Positions 42,033 to 54,639 of a DNA stretch of 64,000 nucleotides are shown here, piece by piece (the first letter of the stretch is position 1; each line of letters opens with the position of its first letter). The translations under genes were made by a program, and so were the position numbers. The notes below the pieces were generated by a model. That model had not been told where the DNA came from. It saw only the letters and a program-made list of their open reading frames with translations, and searched no databases. Source of the DNA: Chrysomallon squamiferum (taxonomy: Eukaryota > Animalia > Mollusca); the NCBI GenBank assembly GCA_012295275.1, contig CM022669.1, positions 12,834,001 through 12,898,000 of the forward strand, read 5' to 3'.

Positions 42033-43153
42033 ATACTTCAAAAATTTGCAATTTAGGAAAAAAGTGGTGACTCAGTCTTACGTAGCTATGTGTACTAGTA
42101 AAATTATAATATTGATTTGTGGATTTGATTTAAAATTATTAATGTTATTTATACTACCATTATTCTTTTTATATATAAAACATTCTCATCATTCTCGTCA
42201 TCATCATTATATTCTTCTTCTTCTCCATCTTCTTCTTCTTCTTCTTATAAGAAGTGAGAAAACTGGGTATTCGAGTCTTTTTTAGAAGCATCCTGTAGAT
42301 ATATATTTTCACATCATGTCACTGATAAACAAATGATTTGGTAAACTGAACAATGGTTAGGCTAACAATGGTCACAACAACAACAACAGAACTGCATAAA
42401 TACCTTTTTTTGATCAGCGTTACTTCTTGCGTCCCTCTTCACTGTGATTAAGTAATTATGATGACGTCATGGCTTTGTTCCTTAATGTCATCATGTTATT
42501 AGACATTTGCAGTGAATATGTAAATTAAAAGCTATTTATTTATTTATTTATTTCTCTTTTGTTTGTTTGTTTCATTGCTTGTTTGCTAGATTATATATAT
42601 ATATATATATATATGTTTACTGCCTTTGATTTATTTTCTTCCTTTCTTTCGTTTACTCTCGTTTGCTTTTCTTTCACTAATTTCATTAAACAGTCCCGAA
42701 ATATATTCTGAAGATGAAGATACATAAAGGGTGTCAGATGAAAACATTTCAAACGCTAGCGGAAAAATACACAGCAGTTGCTTCCCTTCAATTAGAATTG
42801 TTTTCCTGATATCTCTTATATTATTATTTTATTTTATTATATTTTTTATTTTTTATTATTATTATTTACTTTTGATGAAGAGTAACAGTAGTAGTAATAG
42901 TAGTAGAACTTGAATTGGTATTGTTAGCTGCAGCAATAATAGTAGTTGTATCAGTAGCAATTGTAATAGTTACTTGTAGCATTAGTAATAGTCGATGTAA
43001 TTAGCAGTAGCAGCTCATGGACTTTCTAAAGTTATATCTTGTTTCAGAAGGAAAGAATTTTTATTTAAGTTAAAATTTTTAAATATAATCCTCTCTCAGT
43101 CAAAAATTAAAAAAAAAAAAATTGTAATAAAAAAAAAATTACAATAAAAAAAA

Positions 43154-43190
<37 letters not shown>
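42033..43190. repeat. Tandem segmental duplication, copy 1 (~1.15 kb)
   Basis: Colinear shared blocks with copy 2: tgactcagtcttacgtagct, ttcttgcgtccctcttcac, tttctttcactaatttcattaaacag, cacagcagttgcttccctt, tgtttcagaaggaaa. Confidence 0.92.
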
Positions 43191-43193
<3 letters not shown>

Positions 43194-43194
<1 letters not shown>

Positions 43195-43836
43195 TACTCG
43201 CAAAATTAACAATCGAGGGAATAAATGATGACTCAGTCTTACGTAGCTTTGTGAACTAGTAAAATTATAACTCGGATTAGCGGATTTGATTTTAAATCTT
43301 CATTAATATTATTTTTGCTAACATTTTTCTCATTCCTTAATCATTATGATCCTCTTCCTCTTACTCATCCTCTTCTTCTTCTTCTTCTTCTTCTTCTTCT
43401 TCTTCTTCTGATCAGCATTAATTCTTGCGTCCCTCTTCACCGTCATGAAGTGATTATGATGACGCCGTGGTTTTGTTTGTTAACGTCATCATGCTATCAG
43501 ACCAGTGGTGCCAAATAATCGATTACAATCGATCGGTCGATGACAAAGAAAGTGTGGGTAGATCGCATGACACTAAAAATAGCCTAACATGCATCCTGCA
43601 AGTGCAAGTGCAAGTCATCAGACTTGTATTGAACCATATAGGTTCATGCTGTTATGCAAGGTACACCAACATATGTTGTAAATATAACGTATACTTAGTA
43701 TAAATGAGCATTTAAAACGTAGCTCGCAAGCCAAAAAAGTGTGGACACCCCTGTACTGGACATTTGTTCTAAATATGTAAATTAAAAGCTGTTTATTGGT
43801 TAATTGATTAATTATTTAATTAATTAATTAATTAAT

Positions 43837-43871
<35 letters not shown>

Positions 43872-44440
43872 TTATTTCTTTGTCTCTTTCTTTCTCTTTT
43901 CGTTTTTTTGTTTTTTGTTTCATTGCTTGTTTGCTAGATTTCTACATTTGTTTTTTGTCCTTGATTTATTTCCTTCCTTTCTTTCTTTTAATCTGGATTC
44001 TGGATTGTTTCTTTCACTAATTTCATTAAACAGACCCGACATGTATTCTGAAATTGAAGTTGCATTAAGGCTGTCAGATGAAGACATTTCAAAGGCTAGC
44101 GGAAAAAAAACACAGCAGTTGCTTCCCTTTAATTAGAATTGTTTTCCTGTTATCGTTTATTTTATTTTATTTTAATTTGTTTTTGTAGTTATGTTTGATG
44201 AATAGAAACAATAGTATTATAGAGCTGCAACAGTAGCAGTTGTAATAGTATTAGCTGTAGTATTAGTAACAGTGGTTGTCATAGCAATAACAGTTCATGG
44301 ACTTTTTAAAGTTTAATTTTGTTTCAGAAGGAAAAACCATTCCTAAGTTAAAATTTTAAATATGCCCCTCTTAAAAAAAAAAAAAAAAAAGTAAAAAAAA
44401 AAAAAAAAAAATTAATAATAATAATAATAATAATAAATAA
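43194..44440. repeat. Tandem segmental duplication, copy 2 (~1.25 kb, contains the hAT MITE)
   Basis: Same blocks in the same order and orientation as 42033-43190. Confidence 0.92.
43503..43753. mobile_element. 251 bp non-autonomous hAT-superfamily element (MITE)
   Basis: Ends are CAGTGGTGCC and GGACACCCCTG (rc CAGGGGTGTCC). The decayed 8 bp TSD is TATCAGAC/TACTGGAC. Copy 1 lacks the element and has a single TATTAGAC at 42497-42504. CAG-starting TIRs with an 8 bp TSD are typical of hAT elements. Confidence 0.85.
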
Positions 44441-45374
44441 TAATAAATAAATAAATAAATAAATAAATAAATTCATTTAAAAACAATTTAAAATAAATTT
44501 AAACAAAAAAAATTAAATAAATAAATTTAAAACATGATCTAAGAAAAAGGTTCCGCGATTATTTTTTCATCTTTTTTTCTTTTTGCTTCCCTTCTGAAAT
44601 TTCTGTCAGCCCCATTGATCCCCATTTCTAGAAATTGGCAGTGATCTTTTCAGTCAAATTCTATAAAATCATCTTGAGATATGAAGAACTTCTTAATATT
44701 TTCTAGGCCAATAGACACACCCATCGATTTTCGTCTTGTATGATCTCTTAACTTTCGTCTGCAATTTTTTCTTTTTGTCACTTTTAATAAACTATTTTCA
44801 TTGTGTGTTTTTGAACCACCCTATCTGTCATTCGGTCTTATATTTTTCTTGTATTTTTTTTTTTTTTTTTTTCTGTCATTTCTTGAATAATTTCATATGG
44901 AAGCTAGGAATAACGATTTCAATTTTGGTTAGAATAAAACATTTACGGTATGAGATCGTTTGCTGAACTCACACTTGTAAAGATCAATCGCCATGTTTAC
45001 TTCTGCATATCGCTTTCTGAATATGATCATATGGTACGGTCATACGGTTCGAGTTTTGCTAACGATTTTTAATTCAGCCTGGCTAGAATGTTACTGCAAA
45101 ATTAATTAAACGCTTGGATAGATTTCACAGGGTGAATCAACAGATTGCTGAACTGCTTTGAAAACTTAAGAAGAACTATCGCTGTGTTAATAAAGTAACA
45201 CTGGATGATTCATATTACGCAAAAAAAAAATACTAATAATAAAAAAATAGAAATGCGTAAAAAATATATATATATCACTAACTACCCAAAATACAATCAT
45301 TCAAACTAAAAAATATACAGAGAGAGAGAGAGAGAGAGAGACGACGAACCAAACTGGAAAGCTCGAATCTGCTT

Positions 45375-45548
<174 letters not shown>

Positions 45549-45967
45549 CAAATTATATCAACTAAATACCGAATAACATCACAAAAAATCAGATAGCTAA
45601 CACGCATCTTTCTTGATCATTTGTCACAGTTTTGTTCTGCCTTTCGACAAATGACCTTTTTAAACCGCTAACTCTTTGCCGTTTAATGTTTAGTCAATGA
45701 AGCACATGATAAGATATTACGTTTTGATTAACTGCTCTGACTGACAAGGATCATTTTATCCTCTGGGGCATTTGTTTGTGCGGCAAGTAAAAACTAAATC
45801 AATATCGTGTTTCAATTTCTTTTTCTTTTTTTCCTTTTTTTTTTTTTTTTGTATTACTGATATCAGCAACAAATTGTCAATGTCTGCAGTTCTTACGCTT
45901 CATATAATTTCAGTGCGGTCTTTTTTTTTTATGGTTGTATGCTAATCAAAATGATATATAATTTTGA

Positions 45968-45972
<5 letters not shown>

Positions 45973-46047
<75 letters not shown>
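45973..46047. repeat. (CT)n microsatellite
   Basis: Perfect run. Confidence 0.97.
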
Positions 46048-46050
<3 letters not shown>

Positions 46051-46446
46051 TCTTTTTCTTCTTCTCTGCATAAACAAGCACATATCTATCTACCTAAGTA
46101 AGTACATAAATACATACATAGACACATGCAGCATACATAACCACTGAATCCATATACTGCCTAAATGAAATCACTCAAGTTATATTTGCAGTTTTTCGAA
46201 AATATATACCGGTGTTTAAATTCAATTTTTAGTTAGATAACATTGAAAAGAGGATGATATAAACAATTAAAAAGAGAGAAGAAAGAAACAAAGAAACAAA
46301 GAAACAAAAAAGAAACAAACGAATCGATGCGGAAAACGGAATAAAAAAGCATTAAAAAAAAAAAAAAAACATGTATCAGAAGAAAATGGACCCAACAACA
46401 CTTACATGTTTTATAAAGTGTTTTGTGATCAAAAGATAAAACGTAA

Positions 46447-46477
<31 letters not shown>

Positions 46478-47320
46478 GAAAAAAAGAAAACTGTTTTAAG
46501 TGGTAAGTTTGGGACTCTACAGATCTAAAAAGGCTGCGTTAATTTACATCAACAAATTTAATAGAGATCGATTGTAGAAAATTGTGGCGTATACATCAAG
46601 GCTGAAAGTAAGCAATCACTGTGCATTGAACATAAGTACGTACTTAATTATCTGCTGGATTTGACTGATGCTGATTTATTTTCGTCTCCAGCAATTACGG
46701 GGCAAAACTGATGGGCAAATTGCAGGGGACGAAAACCAATTTTTCTCCGAGTGTGTCCGAAAATATTTATGTCTGGCGAACTATTTCCGGGAACGACACA
46801 TCAAAGTTTTCAGTAATGTCTGATACGAAAGGGCAACATTTGATCGTGTGCGGACTAAACAAGAAATGAAAAGTATTGCATTACATAACTGGGAAATGAT
46901 TGATTTCGGATCGAATGTCGACTATTAAATTTACGCCGATGACGGTGTTAGCGGCGGGTTGACTAAGAATAACAACAATAACGTTATCGAGATATATGGA
47001 TTATTTACAATATGTGTTTGGTGTGTATGTGTGCGCTTTTGTTTGCGTGTGCGTGTTAGTGTATTGTTGTAGTAGTGGTCAGGTGTCTTGCTGAAAAACA
47101 ATATGAATAGATTCTGAATATTTACAATTATTTTCTTATAAATATGTAGGTATATATATATATATATAATTGGTACACACACGTATGAATGTGTATGTCT
47201 GTATGTTTCTCAATGTGGTATATGTATGTGTGTGTTTGTGTCCATGTATATATTGTACGTGTGTTTCTCAGTGTATGGTGTATGTGATGTATATGTGTAA
47301 TATATATATATATATATATG

Positions 47321-47368
<48 letters not shown>

Positions 47369-49819
47369 GATACATACACATACCATACCCAACTGATTTT
47401 ACTAATGATTTACTTCATTTCTTTCCTACCTTCTTCACCACAGAAGAAACTATTTGTCGTAAAATTTCTTCTCTACAAGTGTCTTGGGTTCAGAAGCGCT
47501 GTTTATCTGAGACAAGCTAGAACTAAGAGTACAATCGATCTACGAGAATGGATAATTTAGCATCGAGCAACATGAAACTATGTCCAGTTAATAACTGACC
47601 AACATGGAGGGGTCAAGCAAGGCAGGTGTCGGTGGTCACTAATTTTCCAGTTGGTCAGACTCTGGCCGGGCTGACACATGGGGCGTGTTATTGGAAACTT
47701 GATTGGTTTGTGCAGCGTTGGTAGCTAATGTCACCGGACGTTTGTCATCTTCTTGTTAATTTGCAATCACATAGGTCAAATTTAAAACTTTAATTATTCA
47801 GAGGAAATAATTAAGAAAGATGTTACTGATGTTATTTCTCTTGTTGTTTGTTGCTGCTGTTCTTTGTTGTTGTCGTTGATTTTGATAATAACAACAGCAA
47901 AAACAAATAACTAGAAGATTAAAGAGGCAGTAATAATAATATAAACACGTTACTGCTAACATTATCATTACTGTCGCTATTTCTGTTTTGCTGCTGTTGT
48001 TGTTGTTGTAATTATCATCATTATCATCATCATCATCATCATCATCATCATCGTGATAGTAAGCGGGGTATACCACGATATTAAAGAAACAAGATGCAGT
48101 GCATGTAATGATTAAAAAAAAAAAAAAAAAAAAAAATCAAGCGGATTCAAAACTTTTAACGACGTTTATTTACAAAGTACGAAATCCACAAAACTTGTGA
48201 ACGTCTTGTTGATTTGTTTACCTATGTTCGTAGTCGACGTATATATGCTTACTTGATATGTCATGCTTGGATTCTTGATTCCGCGTGTAGCAGTAAATAT
48301 TTGTCTGTTTGTGTACTTGGAGGAGTGTGCCGGTGTGTGTGCATTCATGTTTGTTGTCCGACTGAGCGAGTGTTTGCCAGTACAAACTGAGTTTGTATTT
48401 CCAGGAGCGTTTGACATCATTAGTTTTAATTTGATTACGTAATGTTACTTGCTTATGTTTGTGTTTATGTGAGTGCGTGTATGCGTGTATATGTGCGTGC
48501 GTAATTTAAAAACTTTAAATTATATTTATCTCTTTTTCTTATAATTATAACTTTCGCGTTACTCCTTCAGCTGAAAGTTAATTTAGCAGCTGACTAATAA
48601 CGGATGGAAAGTGCAGTCCATTCGTTATTTTCACGACGTTAATAAATTATCTTTACCATTCTCCTCAAAGAAATAATACTCTGCTGTTCAGAACAAGAAT
48701 TATCTTACACAAGGACTGACAAGTACAGATCGTCTAACAGGTAAAATAATTTTCTTAACAATGTTTAAATATTTTGACAAACGAACGCATTCGAGATAAA
48801 CCAAGCAACACGTAACTTAGAAGAAAAAGGAACTGCAAAAATTCTCTGGATCACTGGCTAAGAAGATTTTTAGTAACGGGAAAAATGATATGCTCACTCG
48901 TCTGAATAATAATGTTTCTCGTTTAAACATCATTTTATCAAATGGCGGAACGCTTGCAGACAATTAGAAGTGTCACGTGGTCTGCATATGGAGAATTTCG
49001 CCGCGGCAACTTGTTTGTTTTATCGCTAAAACATATTGTGTTTATTGACGAATCTCATAAATTTTTCATTTTCCGTTAGTTTTTCTCACAAACGGATCCC
49101 GTGCAAGTAAAAGAAATTATGTATTTATGAACTGTTTTACAGTCGTGGTTATTCAGCAGATGACAAAAACATTTGTAAGTGAATACTGTCTTTGTTTTTT
49201 TTTGGTTTTTTTTGGTCAATATTATTACGATCATTCCATTTTTAAACAGCATCATTTATGAAAAAGAAAATAATAACAAATGTATGATTTGTTTTTGGAT
49301 TTATTTTGATATAAATAAATAATAATAATAAAAATAAATAAAAAAATAAAAAAAGAGAAACAAACAAAGATAATGTCTCATTTATTCTTTATGAATGAGC
49401 AAAATATGTGTTTACGACATATGAAAACATTTTAACGTTTGTGGTTATTAATAGACAAACGAGTGTTGTTGGTTGATGCTTTTGTATAATGATGCCATCA
49501 GAAAATAAATCTTTCATTCTAGTGATATTTTATATTTACTGACTTTTCTATGGCATATAAACAGTTCGTAGAGCAGCAGTTGGAACGACGTAAAAAAAAT
49601 AAATAATAATAAAAACCCCAGTGAGACATCAATGATTACTTCTCCAGCGACTAAACAGGCCACATAATTGGTGTTAGCTTCATTCCGCTTTCTTTTTGGA
49701 TTCATCATTATGTATCGTTACGTCTAAGGGGAAAAAGGAACGTAAACCTATTAAGTGAATGCTTAAGACGTGAAATCCTCTATTAAGATCAAAGATTACG
49801 ACGCCAAAAATTTAGTTTT

Positions 49820-50100
49820 AGGTTAACGCTAAAAGTGTGAAAATATCAGTCAGTTGAAATATTAAAAATGTTTTATTTGTTACCGCTTACGGTATGAAAG
49901 GTTCATTTGGTTAACGCTAAAGGTGCTAAAAAACCTGTCAAATTAAAACGTGAGGGACGGAAACCTTTTATGAAAGTTCAATACTCTTGTTGCGAGCCAA
50001 AACCTTTTTTTACTAAACACCGCTTACGAAAGGTGAACATGTTCTGCGACATCAACGCTTGCGGGACGAAAATCTTCGATTCTTTTCAGTCAGTTGTTCA
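49820..50100. repeat. Mosaic of five short motifs, each present twice
   Basis: GGTTAACGCTAAARGTG (49821, 49909), TCAGTCAGTTG (49846, 50086), ACCGCTTACG (49882, 50019), TATGAAAG(G)TTCA (49893, 49969), GGGACGRAAMYCTT-like (49954, 50063). Confidence 0.65.
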
Positions 50101-52772
50101 AATTAAATTGTCGCGTTGAAAGAAAACGAAAACGTGCACCAGACGACTCGCCATTCACCACAGTGAGAAGATAAACTATTTGCTCGTTCGGCACTTAGTC
50201 GTTTCTCAGGATTCCGCTAAATGAGATCAGGCGACCATCTTGGCTTTCGTTAATAGTGTGATGCAATTAAGCCGCCTGAAAGAGCAACTCCATCCCCAAA
50301 ATAACAAATTGATTTTTGAGACTACGGAGTCTGCAGACAAGTGTGTGTAATCTCTGACACGAAGCTGTAATAGTCACCCGCCCTGCTGTCAAAGAAATCT
50401 AACCCCTGGACACTCGATTCTGTAGTTTCTAGGTTCGTATCGCGACACAGGCTTTAAGACCTAGAGTTCTTGCTTAATGGTTTCTATGATGGTTTTTATC
50501 AGCTATTTTTCATTAAACTATCGAAAACTACCATATATAAGTAAAAAAAAAAAAAAATTAATAATAAAAAATAAATTATAACTAAATAAAGAAAGACAAT
50601 AATAATAATGAAAAAATAAAAGAAAATTTTATCCCCAAGCACAAAATTAATAAAGAAAATTGAAATATGACTCTCAACGTAGTTGTAGTTTTTGATGTCT
50701 TTGAGACAAAACTCTTTCTCAGTGTGACAAATTGCGATGTTTTTTGTTGTTGTGTTTTTTTCATTCTTTTTTATGTTTCGTTTTATTTCATGATTATAAT
50801 TAGGCATTGGGTTGTTAATTTGCATTTTTTTTGTATTTTATGCTCATGTTAGTATAGCTATTAAAGCTTTAATTAGCAAATGCTGGAAATGTGAAGAACA
50901 GATTTCTTTCTCTTTTTCTTCTTCTCCTAATCTTTTCCTGTTTTTCTTCTTCTTCTTTCTTTCTTTCTTCTTCTTTTTCTCTCTTCTTCTTCTTGTCCTT
51001 CACTTCTTTCTTCTTCCTCTTTTATTCATTAGTCTTCTTCTTCTTATCCTCCTCATCCTTCTTTCTCTCCTTCTTCATTTTCATTCTTCTTTAAAGTTTA
51101 ATATCTTTTAGTCTGGACACTATTGATGGAATCGCCAATTACAATTTCATATTCAGATCCTTCGTAATATTACACAGGAGAAATAAAAAAAATCTTATTC
51201 CGTGTCTCTCACCTCGATCTATAACATTCCCGATCTGTCAGTGTTCACAGAATGCAATATGAACCTAATCTGAACCATACGTACGGTAACCAACTTATAA
51301 CCATCGTTGATCTTTTCAGGAATTCTGTGCCAATATTAAAATTACCAATTCTCTCTGTAACATCTTCACCTTCGGGAACCCGGAATAAGTCGAAGCCGAA
51401 TCGTTTCGCAACATCTCGTAACTTTCCTCGCTGTTGAAAATGATTAATATCTTGCTCGCTGGGTAATTGGTTTCGGAAAGTCGACGCGAGTCGGTAGAAC
51501 CACTGAATAACGAGCGGTAAGGGATACTGTGATATTCAGTTTAAATATATTACTGAAAATCCTCCTTGTGTCATGCGACTAATTTGTTAAGATTTTTTTC
51601 TTCTTTTTCTTCTTCTTCTTCTTCTTCTTTATTTTTTGTAGCTTTTGTTTATATCATTTTTTTTTTCTTTCTTTGTTTTTTTTTTTTTTTGTAAGTCTGA
51701 AAGTTAACGTGCAATTGCCGCTTTATTTTTGGTGCATCTCAGAGATCTCTCGATAAAATTTCAGTCAACGTTTTGTTAGTTGTGTTCGTTGTGTTCAAAA
51801 GTCAGTCAACGATTTTAGACGTGATATTTTCGTAATACATCTTCGATAATTAACTTCAGAATGTATTGAATTTTAAATTTAAAAATAATTAGTTTAATGG
51901 TCATAACTTTTTATATAACAACATGAAAAAGTAGTAGGTTTGAATTCTAATTCATATTTGTTTTTTTTATTTTTAGAAAATCTTAAATAAGGTATTGAAT
52001 TTGAATCTAAACATAGAGCTAAGCACGCATTTGTGTACACATATACATACCCATACACTCAAACACAGAAACACACACACACAATCACACAATCACACAG
52101 TCATATACACATTCACGTACAGTTATACACAGACACACAATAACAACACACACACACCATGTAAATACATACGTGAATGTGTGTGTGTGTCTGTGAAAAT
52201 AAGTATATTGTAATAATCGAAATCTTTGACACTATAAAATAATGAAAGATTTTTGCATTTTTGGATCCATAAAACCTCATTTGGCAAGAGAAACTTAGAT
52301 TTATTACTTTTTTATTTAAATATTTATTAAACTGATTAGTCCATACATTGACCCTTGCGACTCCCCATATAGCTGAAGGGTAGAATCTTGCATTGCTGAA
52401 GGACAGAAACCAGCATCACCGCACGATCCTTGACCGTCGTCCTTTGAGGCCTGTGGCATTACTGTAACTCGGACAAAGGCAGGTTTATCTGGGAGTGTGT
52501 CGTGATCGGACACAAAGATCCTCGAAGCTTGAAAAGCAAAGCAGCTGAAGATTAGGAGTATTAATTAGCCAGGCAGAAGCATGTCCCTAGCTCCGTGTGT
52601 TATTGTTTATTGGAAACGAGCCGTTAGCTAGATGAGTGATTGCGTTACGTGAGCAGAATGCGAGCAGAGCCCGTGTTGTAGCTTGCAGGATTGTTTATTC
52701 AGTTTAAGAGAGAGAAAGAAAAAACAAGCCGATTAAAATTCCGTTGACACCCTTCGGCGTATCACAGCATTT

Positions 52773-52804
<32 letters not shown>

Positions 52805-53234
52805 AAAATGGTAATAATTAAATACGATTTATTTATTTTTTCTCACCTAATTATAATATTTATTATTATTATTTTTTTATTATTATTATTTTTAATATAA
52901 AAGAAAGAAAGAATGAACAATAAAATTATTAAAATAAGAATAAAAAAAAGAATAGCTTATTGTACAATGATTTCTACATTGATATTTTTAATAAAAATGA
53001 CCATTTTATTGCATTTTCATACATCCAGTTTATTAGAGAAAATATTTTTTCCCTAAATGGGAAGGTGTGCAGAAAGGATTCTTGCTGTTAATGGAGGAGA
53101 ACAGTCCACTTGTAATCATCACTTTATTATAACTAATAACGGTTAATATTGAAATGTACCGATGTATTGTTACATATTCTTAGATTTCATTAGAATTCAG
53201 TGTAATGGGTTAAATCAGTTGTTTCAGTAGTAAA

Positions 53235-53492
53235 GTCAAAAACTCACTGAGTTGTTTAAAGAATCACATGGTTTTGCTCAAAGACTCACTGTATTAGGTG
53301 CAAAATATTTCTGGTTTTTCGTTAAAGCCTTAATGTGTTTTGTTCAGACTGAAAGGTTTGTTCAAAGAATCGCTATTTATTTTCATTTTTGTATTTTTTA
53401 ATTTCTTTCTTGAAAATTACTGTTCATTTTTTTTTTTTTTTTTTTTTTTTCCGGGATTTTAGTTAAAAATTCACTGGCTGTTGTTCAAATGA
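53235..53492. repeat. Decayed ~21 bp minisatellite (approx. GTTCAAAGACTCACTGGTTTT)
   Basis: Units gtcaaaaactcactgagtt, gtttaaagaatcacatggtttt, gctcaaagactcactgtatt, gttcaaagaatcgctattt and gttaaaaattcactggctgtt, interrupted by a poly-T tract. Confidence 0.65.
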
Positions 53493-54547
53493 CAAATGAA
53501 TATACAGAGAACGAGCGAGATTTTAGAAAGATATCAACAACGAAGTACCACGGCATTTTTTTTAGCAGTGAATTGAAATATTTAATTATTCGTATCTAAC
53601 AGTTTCATTAATGAGTCTGATTTCTTTCTATATAATACTTACTTTGTTACTGAACAGAATTTTATTAATAAGTGTACACTGACAGCTCAGCATATTATTA
53701 AACAAATTAACTTACAGACATTATGAAATAAATAAATAAATATAAAAACTAAAAAGTACGTATAAGAATGTAACTGTATTTCAGAAACAGAAAAGAAACT
53801 GGAAAATACTCCAATCATAACATATTAAGCCGGTAATTAATTTATAATACAACCAATATGTCTACGTCTTCGTCTTCTTCTTTCATTCATTTATTTATTT
53901 TTTATTTTTTTTTTTTTTTTTTGTATCTCGCTATAATTTATTCACTGCATTATTTGATTTCTGCTACCATCTGAGGAAGTTCTGGACTGAATTAAAGAGC
54001 GCTGTCTAGACAATAATATAAGAATAAAAGTAAAATAATTAAATATGATATTAAATATGTAGGCGCATGACGTAGCCTTATCAAGACTCGCTCGGTGTCT
54101 GATGTATGCGTTTGTTATCAAATTCATGGAAATACCATTAGATCCTACCTCTCCCGTTTCATATTCATCGTTATAAATCTATCACTTTCTAGTCAGTGTC
54201 TATTAAGTCTTCTGGAAGTAAAACAGTTTGTATAATTAAGCCGACGCACTCCTGTAAAACCAATCTAAAGACATTAGCGAAAGCCATCACGTAAATTTTA
54301 AGCGTTGCCTGCCGGCGATAAACCCAAAATACCAGTTCTTTCTGTATTTAGAGCGCTTTCTTTGTAAAAGAAAGAGCGAGAAAAAAAAAGAAAAAAAGTA
54401 TGTGTGCTTAACGATATTTTGCACTACCTATAATCAGACGCTATTAATATGTTAGTGAAGAGTAATTGCGACAGTTAGCCTAGTAATGAGAAAAGAAAAT
54501 TGACAAAAATGTGTCATTATTTTTTTTTTATTAGTGTCGTTTTGTGT

Positions 54548-54551
<4 letters not shown>

Positions 54552-54636
<85 letters not shown>
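54552..54636. repeat. (CT)n microsatellite
   Basis: Perfect run. Confidence 0.97.

Positions 54637-54639
<3 letters not shown>

Noticed and set aside
44008-44150. Apparent acceptor (ctaat...aaacAG) plus peptide PDMYSEIEVALRLSDEDISKASGKK in the duplication
   Set aside because: Copy 1 has an in-frame TAA and a frameshift, and the differences between copies are non-synonymous, so there is no coding constraint.
50415-50495. B-box-like GGTTCGTATC, possible second SINE fragment
   Set aside because: No matching A-box or tail is visible; too degenerate to call without a profile search.
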